A DNA stretch of 64,000 nucleotides, from assembly GCA_963806835.1 (NCBI GenBank), contig CAWEAR010000033.1, positions 33,992 through 97,991 of the forward strand, read 5' to 3'. Source of the DNA: an uncultured delta proteobacterium. GTDB lineage: Bacteria; Desulfobacterota; Desulfobacteria; Desulfobacterales; CAWEAR01. Shown in pieces: positions 17,890 to 27,928 of the stretch. Each line of letters starts with the position of its first letter. Within the stretch, counting starts at the first letter, position 1. The position numbers were made by a program, and so were the translations under genes. Under the pieces are notes generated by a model that had not been told where the DNA came from, made no database searches, and saw only the letters and a list, made by a program, of their open reading frames with translations.

Positions 17890-17971
17890 AGTATTTAATA
17901 TAAATTAATACTATAAAATACTATTTTTGTCAATAAAAAAATATAATACTGTTTCTTCGGGACTAATAACC

Positions 17972-18082
17972 CGTAGGTTGGGGTGAATAAAATGAACCCC
18001 AACAATCTGAGAATGTCGGAGTTCGCTCTGTTCACCCCAACCTACCTTATGCTGCGTTCCCACGTGAAACGTGGGAACATAG
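17972..18082. repeat. Two hairpin elements downstream of the nfnB-like gene
   Basis: Perfect 15-bp inverted repeat GTAGGTTGGGGTGAA (17973-17987) / TTCACCCCAACCTAC (18031-18045). This is followed by GTTCCCACG-TGAAA-CGTGGGAAC (18056-18078). The same hairpin family occurs at about 11205-11227. Confidence 0.85.
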
Positions 18083-18092
18083 ACCATTCGGA

Positions 18093-19507
18093 CTACCAGC
18101 CCCATGTCAGATATTTATGAATTGAATCCGCGGCTTTTCTTCCCACGCCATTGCCAGAATAACGGTTGCAGAGCCGGTAACAATATCGCCTCCTGCCCAT
18201 ACACCTTTTTTGCCTGTCTTTCCGGTTTCAGGGTCAGCAAGGATATATCCCCATTTATTCAACTGCATATCAGGGGTTGATTGTGTCAGCAGAGGATTTG
18301 CCCCTGTTCCTACTGCAACAATCACCAAATCGCAATCCATCTTAAATTCAGAACCCTTCATGGGAACGGGGCTGCGTCTGCCGGAAGCATCAGGTTCACC
18401 AAGTTCCATTTTAATACATTCCATGCCGGTCAGCCGCCCTTTTTCATTTCCGATATATTTCACCGGAGCAGTCAGAAGGAAAAATTCAATCCCCTCCTCC
18501 TCGGCGTGATGAGTCTCCGCAGCTCTTGCAGGCATCTCTGTTCGGGAACGGCGATAAACAATCCGAACCCTGTCCGCACCGAGACGCTTTGCTGTTCGGG
18601 CTGAATCCATTGCCACATTTCCTGCGCCAAGTACTACAACATCTTTTCCTTTAATTACAGGTGTATCAACTTCAGGGAAAAGATAAGCCTTCATAAGATT
18701 GTTCCGGGTCAGATATTCATTGGCGGAAAGTATGCCGATCAGGTTCTCCCCCGGAATATTCATAAACCGGGGTAATCCTGCGCCCACGCCGACAAAGATC
18801 GCACTGTATCCTTCTTCAAACAACTCATCCAAACTGACAATTCTTCCTACCACTTTGTTACATTCCAGTTTGGCACCGAGTTTTTCAAGAAAGGCAACTT
18901 CTGAAAAGACAATCTCCTTGGGAAGCCTGAATTCAGGAATCCCATAAACCAGAACCCCGCCCGGTTTATGAAACGCCTCCATAATAGTAACAGCATGCCC
19001 TTTGGCAATAAGATCACCGGCAACTGTGAGTCCCGCAGGTCCTGAGCCGACAACCGCAATCTTCTTGCCCGTGGATTTTGCTTTCGGAGGAAGCTCCCCT
19101 GTCCCGTGCATCCGCTCATAATCTGCGGCAAAGCGCTCAAGGTTTCCGATTGCAACCGGATCTCCTTTTTTACCGACAATACACTGAGCTTCGCATTGAG
19201 ATTCCTGTGGGCATACCCTTCCGCAGACAGCAGGAAGGCTGTTTTTTGTCCAGAGATTTCGGATTGCTCCTTTAAAATCTCCGTCTTTTATCAGTTTGAT
19301 AAAACCGGGTATGTCAACTTCAACCGGACATCCCTGCACACACCCCGGATTTTTACATTGCAGACACCGCTCCGCCTCTTTCATAGCGGTTTCCTGGCTG
19401 TATCCCATTGGAACTTCTTTGAAATTCTTATTTCTTACATCCGGCTTCTGCTCAGGCATAGGCTGTCTGGGTATTTTTTCCTTTTTTTCTTTCTTCTCTT
19501 CTGCCAT
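18093..19507 (-). CDS. nfnB: NADPH-dependent oxidoreductase, GltD/NfnB/SudA family (frameshift in the last ~20 codons)
   Basis: N-terminal Cys clusters (CLQCKNPGCVQGCP; CGRVCPQESQCEAQC), FAD/NAD Rossmann motifs (VVGSGPAGL, VLGAGNVAMD) and GGDIVTGSATVILAM. The canonical end AMG(V)GRKAADSIHKYL.. appears if one G is added in ATGG(G)CG. The stop would then be at 18093-18095 instead of 18107. Confidence 0.8.
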
Positions 19508-19534
19508 ATTTTTTCCTCCATATATATCAGTTAT

Positions 19535-19806
19535 TAGTACCGCCTTTAGGCGGTAGAGCAGGTTCGTAGTACCGCCTTTAGGCGGTGGAGCGTGAATTAC
19601 CGCCTAAAGGCGGTACTACGAACTTTTTGTACTACGAACTTTTTGCGTGAATTACCGCCTAAAGGCGGTACTACGAACTTCTTCACTGCCGCCTAAAGGC
19701 GGTACTACGAACTTTTTGCGTGAATTACCGCCTAAAGGCGGTACTACGAACTTCTTCACTGCCGCCTAAAGGCGGTACTACGAACTTTTTGCTACTACGA
19801 ACTTTT
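19535..19806. repeat. Family P1 palindrome array between the nfnA-like and nfnB-like genes
   Basis: At least seven ACCGCC-TTTA/TAAA-GGCGGT units with GTACTACGAACTT flanks, in both orientations. They fill nearly all of the 306-bp spacer. Confidence 0.9.
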
Positions 19807-19813
19807 TCACTGA

Positions 19814-20644
19814 TTATGCTGTTAATTTACAATAATGACCATAACATTCTTTTTCTTCCCCAAGGTATGACTGGAGACGCTTCATCAGTTCGTCATAATC
19901 AACCTTATGCCCGTCAAATTCAGGACCGTCAACACATCCGAATTTGGTCTCACCTCCCACAGTAACCCGGCATCCGCCGCACATGCCTGTGCCGTCAACC
20001 ATGATCGGATTCAGACTTACAACTGTTTTCACATTGTAATCTTTTGTTATTTTGGATACAAATTTCATCATAGGGACAGGTCCGATAGCAACAACCATGT
20101 CTATCCCCCCTTTATTTAAAATCTCTTTCAGCACATCTGTAACAAATCCATGATGTCCATAAGATCCGTCATCTGTACATGGATAAAGCTCATCAGAAAC
20201 CGCTTTCATCTTATCTTCAAGAATAAGGGTATCTTTATCTCTGGCACCGAGTATGCTGATAACCTTGTTTCCGATCTCTTTCATTCCTCTTGTGATAGGA
20301 TATAAAACCGCTATTCCTGTGCCGCCGCCGACACATAATACAGTTCCGATTTTTTCAATGTGCGTTGCTTTTCCTAAGGGACCGATAATATCCTGATATT
20401 CATCCCCTACCTTTAAGCTCTTAAAGAGTGCGGTGGATTTTCCGACAACCATGTAAATAACAGTGACAGTTCCCTTTTCAGGATTTGTATCTGCCATTGT
20501 CAGGGGAATACGCTCTCCGTTCTCATTTGCCTTTATGATAACAAACTGTCCGGGCTTTGCTTTTCGGGCAATTAACGGCGCTTCAATTTCATTCAGAATA
20601 ACCGTTCCCTTGGACATCTCTTCACGTTTTACGATCTTAAACAT
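19814..20644 (-). CDS. nfnA: Ferredoxin-NADP reductase-like small subunit (NfnA/SudB family; FAD/NAD-binding, 2Fe-2S)
   Basis: 276 aa. FNR-like fold (GQFVIIKANENGERIPLTM, VLCVGGGTGIAVLYP) and a C-terminal cluster motif GTGMCGGCRV...CVDGPEF. Confidence 0.8.
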   Translation of the reverse strand: MFKIVKREEMSKGTVILNEIEAPLIARKAKPGQFVIIKANENGERIPLTMADTNPEKGTVTVIYMVVGKSTALFKSLKVGDEYQDIIGPLGKATHIEKIGTVLCVGGGTGIAVLYPITRGMKEIGNKVISILGARDKDTLILEDKMKAVSDELYPCTDDGSYGHHGFVTDVLKEILNKGGIDMVVAIGPVPMMKFVSKITKDYNVKTVVSLNPIMVDGTGMCGGCRVTVGGETKFGCVDGPEFDGHKVDYDELMKRLQSYLGEEKECYGHYCKLTA

Positions 20645-20885
20645 GATAATCCTCCAAACACTTAAAAATTTCTCTGTCTCTTAAAAAATAAAGCTATACA
20701 ACTCTTTGTTTTTATCTTATAACCTGTAAATTCTACGCTCCGGCGCGGGAACAGGATAACAGGATATTTTATAATTTCAGGAAATGCTGAAACTATAATG
20801 TTAGCACACCTTTGTTAGTATATCAATTTAAAAATGTAAATTGAATTTTTTTTCTGACTAAACCCTTAGGATTTTAAATACAGCC

Positions 20886-23111
20886 ATGCAAACCAATATA
20901 TTTAAAAAAAATAATTTAATATCAGAAAGTGAACGCAGAAAAAGAAAGCGGGAGATTATTCTTATTTTTGCAATTATTGCAATTGTCACAGTTCTGACAT
21001 TTGCTGAAAACCGGCTGATTCATTTCGGATCAGATTTTCCCATCTCAAATACTGTTCTGATGTTCACCATTATCAATGTCAACCTGCTGCTGCTTATTCT
21101 TCTGGTATTTCTGGTATTCAGAAATCTGGTCAAGCTTCTTTATGAAAGAAAACGGAGACTGATGGGAGCAAAACTCCGTACCCGTCTGGTGATTGCATTT
21201 ATCTCTATCACTCTTTTGCCTACAAGCGTGCTTTTTTTCTTTTCAGTCCAGTTTATTACAACCAGTATTGATTTCTGGTTCAATGTGCCTGTTGAGCAGG
21301 CATTGGATAATTCATTAAATGTCGGAAGGCGTTTATATTCTTATGTAGAGGAGAATCATCAGTTTTTTTTAAAACAGATTGCTCATCAGATAAAGAGCAG
21401 AAATCTTTTAGCTCCTGAAAAGAGAAAAGATCTTTCAAAATATATAAATATAGCACAGAGATCATTCAATCTTCATTCAGCAGAAGTATATACAGCAAAT
21501 ACAGAACGGATTGCTTATGCTTTTAATAAAAAAATTCAATACTTCAAAATGATGAACAGCGATGGTTTTAACCGGAATATAAGCTCTGAAAGTCTCTGGT
21601 CTGTTTTTGAAACTATCCCTGAAGGAGAACTGACCCGGACAATCAGTACAATCCCAGTTCGGAGTGAGGAAATCTGAAGCCGAGGCTTTTGCAGTTTTAT
21701 CAACCCTGATTCCTCCGGAGCTTTCTCAGAATCTTGCATCTATTTCAAAAGGTTTTGAAGAGTATCAGCAGATAAAGCTTTTGAAAAAACCGATTCAGAT
21801 TACCTATTATATTACAATTTCAATTGTTGCATCACTGGTTCTGTTCTGCGCTGTATGGTTCGGATTTTATCTTGCAAAATCTATCAGTATTCCGATTATG
21901 GAACTTGCTGAAGGAACACGGAAAGTTGCCGAAGGGATCTGAGTTTCAGAATCAGCACGGTAGCAGATGATGAAATCGGTACTCTTGTTGATTCATTTAA
22001 TAAAATGACGCAGGATCTGCTAATCAGCAGAGAGCAGTTGGAGTTTTCCGCTGCAAAACTTCAGAAGCAGAATATTGAGATTGAAGAGAGACGGCGTTAC
22101 ATGGAGATCGTTTTAAAGAATGTCTCCACAGGGGTGATTACACTGGATGCAGAGGGGATTATAACCACAACAAATAAATCTGCTGAAAGGATGCTGAATA
22201 TAAAATATCAGGATGTTTTTAATAAAAGTTATAAGATTCTGTTAAAAGAGGAATATCTGACTCTTGACAAAGAGATAACGGAATCTCTTTCTGTTTCACC
22301 TGACAATTCAGTTGAATTTCCTCTGAGAATGACAATAGAAGGAAGACCGCGCAGTTTTATCTTTCATGTCAATGCTCTGAAAGATGACACCGGGAATCAT
22401 ATAGGGATGGTCATGGCATTTGATGATTTGACGGAGCTTGAGAAGGCACAGCGAATGGCGGCATGGCGCAAAGTAGCCCGTCGAATTGCCCATGAAGTAA
22501 AGAATCCTTTGACGCCTATCAAATTATCTGCACAGCGTCTGAAACGGCGTTATGCGGAGCGTATGAATGAGCCGGTCTTTGAAGAATGTACCAATATGAT
22601 CATTGACCATGTTGATCTGATCCGGAATCTGGTGAACGAGTTTTCAGATTTTGCAAGGTTTCCTACGGCAAATCCTCAGCCGTGTGATCTTCCTCCGATT
22701 ATTGAAGAAACTGTGGCGCTTTACCGGGAAGGGCATCAGAATATTCATTTTGAAATCAATATGTCAAATCCTATTCCCTGTATGAACCTTGACCGCCAGC
22801 AGATCAAGCGGGCGATGATCAATCTGGTCAATAATGCAATTGCTGCTGTCAGAGAAGAAGGGAGTGTTATTATATCGTTATCCTATGATACATTATCAAA
22901 ATCCGTCAAGATTGAAGTGGCAGATACCGGCGCAGGGATTTCTGATGAAGTTAAAGCTCATCTGTTTGAGCCTTATTTTTCTACAAAAAAATCAGGCATG
23001 GGACTTGGACTGACGATTGTAAGCTCCATTATTGCGGAGCATCACGGTAAGATCAATATTGATGATAATCAGCCGCATGGGGCTAAGTTTATCATAGAGA
23101 TGCCGGTGTAA
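20886..23111 (+). CDS. NtrY-like sensor histidine kinase (three ORFs joined by two frameshifts near 21670 and 21940)
   Basis: N-terminal TM segments. A HAMP domain is split by the second shift (AEGTRKVAEG|DLSFRISTVADDEIGTLVDSFNKMTQDL, restored by GGG->GGGG). Then a PAS domain, the H-box AHEVKNPLTPIKLSAQRL, and the HATPase N/G boxes (NLVNNAI, DTGAGI, GMGLGL). Confidence 0.8.
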
Positions 23112-23280
23112 TATTGTTCCCACACAAAGCATAGGAACGAGATGTTTTTCATGGTGTCTTCTGTAACAAATCCGTTCGGAAAACATAAAAATACTGCTGA
23201 GTCCTTATTCAGAGCCGTATTTCTCCGTTCCCGTAATCAGATATTTATAACCAAAGCTGATGACTGTTCCCTGTTCCCTG

Positions 23281-26069
23281 TTAAAACGTATAGCCAAGTG
23301 AAAAATGAAATCTTCCGCTGCTCTCACCCTCTTCACGATCAAGTTTAATGCCGTAAAGAAATCCGATAGGACCGATTGGCGTAATATAGCGGAGTCCAAG
23401 CCCCACTGTTGTGCGGTAATCTGCGGTATCATCATCCTCATCAGGAATATTACTTATCATTCCGACATCATAAAAACCTGTCAGTTCAAAATTCATCCCC
23501 AAATCAAACCTTGCTTCAAGACTTCCTGAAATCGCCTCTTTTCCGCCCTGGGGTTTTCCGTTTGTATCATAGCAAAGCATATTTTCACTGAATCCCCGTA
23601 CATCAGATGTACCGCCGAGAAAAAAGAGCTGATCTTTCGGAACATTCCCTTCTGAATCAACCGGAGCAATATAGCCTATCCTTCCGTAGCACGCAAAAGT
23701 AAGCCGTGAAAGCGGAGTCCAGTAATATCTTGCGTCAAACAGGTATTTGAAAAAATTATCCATATCATTCTCAATACCTCTTGAAATATCAACTGAAAAA
23801 GCAGAAAATACACCCTTTTTCGGACGGATAAAAGAATCCCTTGTATCATAACGGACTGAAGGGGTTGTTACAAAAATGGTTCTCGGCTCAAATTCTTCAT
23901 CAGATTTGGAACTGACTGAATCATCACGCTTAAACTGTTCTCTCTGCTCAAAACGGAAATTCAGACTTGTCCCCAGACTCTTAAACCAGTCTTTATTAAA
24001 TCCCGCGGATGCACCGTAAGTTCTTGTCCCGAAATCCTGATTAAGCTCCTCCCGCTGATCCATAAAAAAATTCGCAGTCCCTGAAATCCGGAATCCGAAA
24101 AGCCTCGGTTCCGTAATTCCGATTTCACCGTGATGCCCGATTTCACTTATCTCTCCGCTTATCCACGCATCTTTGTTGGTTCCGAAAAGATTATGATCCC
24201 CGACTTTTGCATGGGCAAAAAAATTCTTTTCTGTATCATAACCTGCCCCTGCCTGAAAAAAGTAAGGTTTTTTCTCCTCCATTTCAACAAAAAGATTCAC
24301 ATCTTCTGCTTTTTCCTTTAATCCGATTGATTTAAACTGAACTGAGTTGAATGTGTCTATATCCCTGATATTCTTCTGTGTTTCAAGCATTTTTTTCAGA
24401 GAAAAAGGATCCCCGGCTTTACCTGAACCTCATTCTGAATAATACGCTCTTTGGTTCTGAAATTTCCTGTATAATAAATCTGTCCCATCTCCACAAAGCG
24501 ACCCTCTTCAACTGTATAAACTATATCGGCATTTTTCTGATCCGAAGATATTGAAAAAGTCCCGCTGACTTTGACATGAGGGTATCCCCTCTCTGAAATC
24601 AGTGCTGCCAAAGCATTTTCATCATTCTGTATAAGAAATTGCTGAAACGGTTTTCCTTTTTTCATAAAAAGAGCATCATAAGCCTCTGTTTCGGAAAGCG
24701 TTGTAAGCCCGTTTATTTTTACCGAAGATACCTGTGTGGCTCTTCCTTCTTCAATCTCAAGGGTTATATCAACTTTTCTTTTATCTTCACTCCATTGAAT
24801 ATTCTCTTTCACCTGTGTATTCATATATCCGTTTTTCAGATAAAATGCCTGAATCGCCTGAATATCTTCTTTTAACACCTTTGGAACAAACGCCCCTTTA
24901 TTTAAAGTTCCGGGTATTTGAGTCAGAATCTGTTTTCTTATCTTCTCTTCTTCAAATGAGTTATTTCCGGCGATCTTTATTGAATTGACAATCGCCTGAG
25001 GTCCCTCTTCAATTATAAAGGAGAGGTTCCGATCCGTTTCATTCTTGGCGGTATCTTCAATCTTTATATCTGCTTCAAGATAGCCTGCATTTTCATAACG
25101 CTCTTTTATCTTTTTTACGCTCTTTTTTATCCCGGAATCATATTTGTTACCTTCTTTGAAAAGCACTATATCTTTTTTTAAAGTAAATCCCCAGAATTCT
25201 TTATTTTCTTTAAATTCAATATCATAATGCTTTCCTTCATCAATCGTCATTAATACCGTAACACTTTTTTTCTTTTCATCTTTCTCCACTGCAAAATTTA
25301 TCGCGGCATCAGCATATCCTTTTGTTTTATAGAATTCTGTCAGTTCTTTTATATCTTTTTTCAGACTCTCCTCGACAAACCGCCCTGTACCCCTGGGAAG
25401 CATAGATGAAAGCCAGATTTTCATTCTCAGTTTAAGTCTTTTTTCCGAAAAAGCCTTATTCCCCTGAATATTAATCTTTTTCAGGATATAATAAGCCCCC
25501 CGTTTTATTTTGACATGAATGGAAAAATAACCGTCTGCCGGATCCTGATGCGAAGTTACTTTAACTTCCGGTGAGATAAATCCTTCTCTCCGGAAAAGCT
25601 CAGTTATCAGTCTCTCCTGTTTGGGAAGCTCATCAGGGACAAATGCGTCTCCGGTATAAATTGTCATGGTATTCAGGATTTCCCGTTCAAAAAGCGGAAA
25701 CGCCCCTTCTGTCTTTATATCTTTGATCAGTTGAAACGGTGTCAGAGAAAAGATAATCGCTGTCTTATCTGCTTCATCCTGGGAATCTGCATGAATCTCC
25801 TGAAATTTTTTGCACAATTTCAATGCTTCAATGGTGTTTTGGAGTTTTTCAGCAGAAAAAGGTTCTCCTTCTTTAAGGAAGATCATTTTTTCTGCTATAT
25901 TTCTCAAATAAGATTCATTAACCGGGGAATCCTTAATATTAACAAGTATTCTGGAGATTATCTGATCCCGGGCTGTCTCAGGTTTGCTCTCTTCTGAATA
26001 GGCATGATTAAAGAGCCAGATGCCTGTTAATATAATCAAAAAACACATAAGATATTGAATGAATTTCAA
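23281..26069 (-). CDS. bamA: Outer-membrane protein assembly factor BamA (POTRA and barrel ORFs separated by one frameshift at ~24408)
   Basis: The 557-aa ORF has POTRA-type repeats. The 369-aa ORF is the beta-barrel (ends ..RFHFSLGYTF). At the junction, AAGCCGGGGATCC reads KPGILFL*. With one more G it reads KPGDPFSLKKMLETQKNI, joining both ORFs. Confidence 0.85.
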
Positions 26070-26172
26070 AGTGGTCTCCTTTTTATATTACTTAGTTTTT
26101 TCAAGTCGTGTGCGTAAGATGAGTTAGGAATTAACAATGTTTTGAAAACTTAGGAAATTTTTCTGTATGAAC

Positions 26173-26391
26173 TTATCTTTCAAAAATATCATCAGGAAGC
26201 TCAAATTTTCTTACAAGTCCCTTCAGGGCATAAGGAAGAATCATTGTTTTGTTTCCATGAGATTTAACCGGAAAAGACTTGTTTCCCTTGACAAATTTAC
26301 CGGAATGTCTTCCGCCGGTTTTCGGATCAAAGCTGACTCCATAATCTCTTAGAATATCAATTACTTTTCTCAGTTCCAAAGATTTAGGCAT
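26173..26391 (-). CDS. HicA/YcfA-like small toxin (tentative)
   Basis: 72 aa. LRKVIDILRDYG...GGRHSGKF...FPVKSHGNK loosely follows the HicA (YcfA) pattern. Its ATG overlaps the stop of the upstream HicB-like ORF (TATGCCTAA). Confidence 0.45.
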   Translation of the reverse strand: MPKSLELRKVIDILRDYGVSFDPKTGGRHSGKFVKGNKSFPVKSHGNKTMILPYALKGLVRKFELPDDIFER

Positions 26392-26730
26392 AGCATATCC
26401 CGTGTATGCCCTCTGATTTCAGAGCATCAGCATTTTTTTCTATCATAACTGATTCGTCCCGCAGTCTTTGTTCCCGAAAAATATTCCACAAGGCTACATC
26501 ATCCGGATCGATAATTTCATCAAATGCTCCCGTCCGACGGCATAAACAACATAATCTGCTATACTCCCGCTAAGTGAGGCAAGAGCATCTTCCTCATTTT
26601 TACCATGGCTTGAAACAGAAAAATCAAGACAGCGGGCAACAATAACTCCGTCTTCCTCTGTCAGTAAGATATGGAGATTCAGACCGGGAAGATTATTCAC
26701 CATTCCTGTTAATGCTTTTAAAGGTTTCAT
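26384..26730 (-). CDS. HicB-like (UPF0150) antitoxin, frameshift near 26520
   Basis: N-terminal ...HILLTEEDGVIVARCLDFSVSSHGKNEEDALASLSGSIADY fits the HicB N-domain pattern. After a TTT/TTTT shift the frame continues FDEIIDPDDVALWNIFREQRLRDES...GICYA* to TAA at 26384-26386. Confidence 0.5.
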
Positions 26731-26923
26731 TTTTTCTCCTAATACCGAATTTTTCTCTTGCTTTTATCAGCACAAGATTATCATCGCTTCGGATTTGATT
26801 CTGTCTTACCGTTAAATTTTTCAGTATCACATATTCATAATTTATGTCAAGAAAAAATTTTAAATTACAAAGAGTTATATTCTTTATTTACTTTTTTTCA
26901 AAAATAATATAAAAGCATTATAA

Positions 26924-27841
26924 ATGAATGAAAAACAATTTAATCATTGCCTTCTTTGTCCCCGGCATTGCGGGGCGGATCGGTATTCCGATAAACTGGG
27001 ATATTGCAGAACCGGCGCGGGTTTCCATATCGGAGCTGTTACGGTTCATAAAGGAGAAGAGCCGGTTATCAGCGGCAAGATGGGAATATGCAACATCTTT
27101 TTTTCCAGATGCAATCTGCAATGTATATATTGCCAGAATTACCAGATCAGCAGAAACAAAGGAAAAATTATTGATTACAATTATAATCTTAATGATCTGA
27201 CAGAAAAAATTATATCTGTTCTTGATACAGGAGTTAATGCAGTCGGCTTTGTCTCCCCTTCTCACTGTATTGCACAGATGAAAATGATCATCAATGCCTT
27301 ACAGCAGAGAGGGAAAAAACCTGTAATTGTCATGAATACCAATGCGTATGACAATACTGAAACGCTTCGTATGCTTGAAGGGATGATAGATATTTATCTT
27401 CCTGATTTTAAATACATGGATGCAAATCTTTCAAAAAAATATTCTGATGTATCTGATTATCCTGAAATTGCAACAAAAGCGATCAGAGAGATGTATCGCC
27501 AGAAAGGCTCAATGCTCAGATATGATGATGACGGAAATGGAGAATCAGGGCTGATTATCCGTCATCTGATATTACCGGGTCATGTTGAGAACAGCCTTGC
27601 GGTTTTAAGATGTATTGCAGAGGAGCTTTCAACATCAGTCCATATCTCTCTGATGTCTCAGTATTATCCGCCAGAGCCTGTCAAAGATCATCCTGTTATC
27701 GGAAGAAGACTTAACCCGGATGAATATGAGAGGGTTGTCAAAGAAATGGAATCTCTCGGATTTTATAACGGCTGGATACAGGAATTGGAGAGTTCATCAA
27801 GTTATGTTCCTGATTTTGTTAAGGAGCATCCGTTTGAATAA
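26924..27841 (+). CDS. Radical SAM protein, PflX-like (pyruvate formate-lyase activase-related, COG1313 type)
   Basis: 305 aa. CPRHCGADR...GYCR N-terminus, EEPVISG, and the radical SAM motif FSRCNLQCIYCQNYQIS. Confidence 0.7.
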   Translation: MNEKQFNHCLLCPRHCGADRYSDKLGYCRTGAGFHIGAVTVHKGEEPVISGKMGICNIFFSRCNLQCIYCQNYQISRNKGKIIDYNYNLNDLTEKIISVLDTGVNAVGFVSPSHCIAQMKMIINALQQRGKKPVIVMNTNAYDNTETLRMLEGMIDIYLPDFKYMDANLSKKYSDVSDYPEIATKAIREMYRQKGSMLRYDDDGNGESGLIIRHLILPGHVENSLAVLRCIAEELSTSVHISLMSQYYPPEPVKDHPVIGRRLNPDEYERVVKEMESLGFYNGWIQELESSSSYVPDFVKEHPFE

Positions 27842-27845
27842 GAGG

Positions 27846-27895
27846 GGTAGAGGATTAGAGAGATAGAGGATTAGAGGGGTAGAGGATTAGAGGGA
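27846..27895. repeat. 16-nt tandem repeat x3 (TAGAGGATTAGAG core)
   Basis: The core occurs at 27848, 27864 and 27880, immediately after the radical SAM stop codon. Confidence 0.8.
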
Positions 27896-27928
27896 TACTT
27901 TGATTTTTGTACTTAATAATTACCCAAT

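Larger units (their letters stand above)
16242..17925 (-). mobile_element. IS607-family insertion sequence (tnpA serine recombinase + tnpB)
   Basis: Perfect 19-bp inverted repeat: AATAGTATTTTATAGTATT (16242-16260) versus AATACTATAAAATACTATT (17907-17925). It brackets the overlapping tnpA and tnpB genes. Confidence 0.85.

Noticed and set aside
23281-26069. Reading bamA, rnfE, dctM, nfnB and the kinase as genuine pseudogenes (genome decay).
   Set aside because: The lesions are single-base length changes, nearly all in homopolymers. The downstream frames remain fully open and conserved, and essential functions are affected. Sequencing or assembly error is the more economical explanation, but read-level confirmation is needed.
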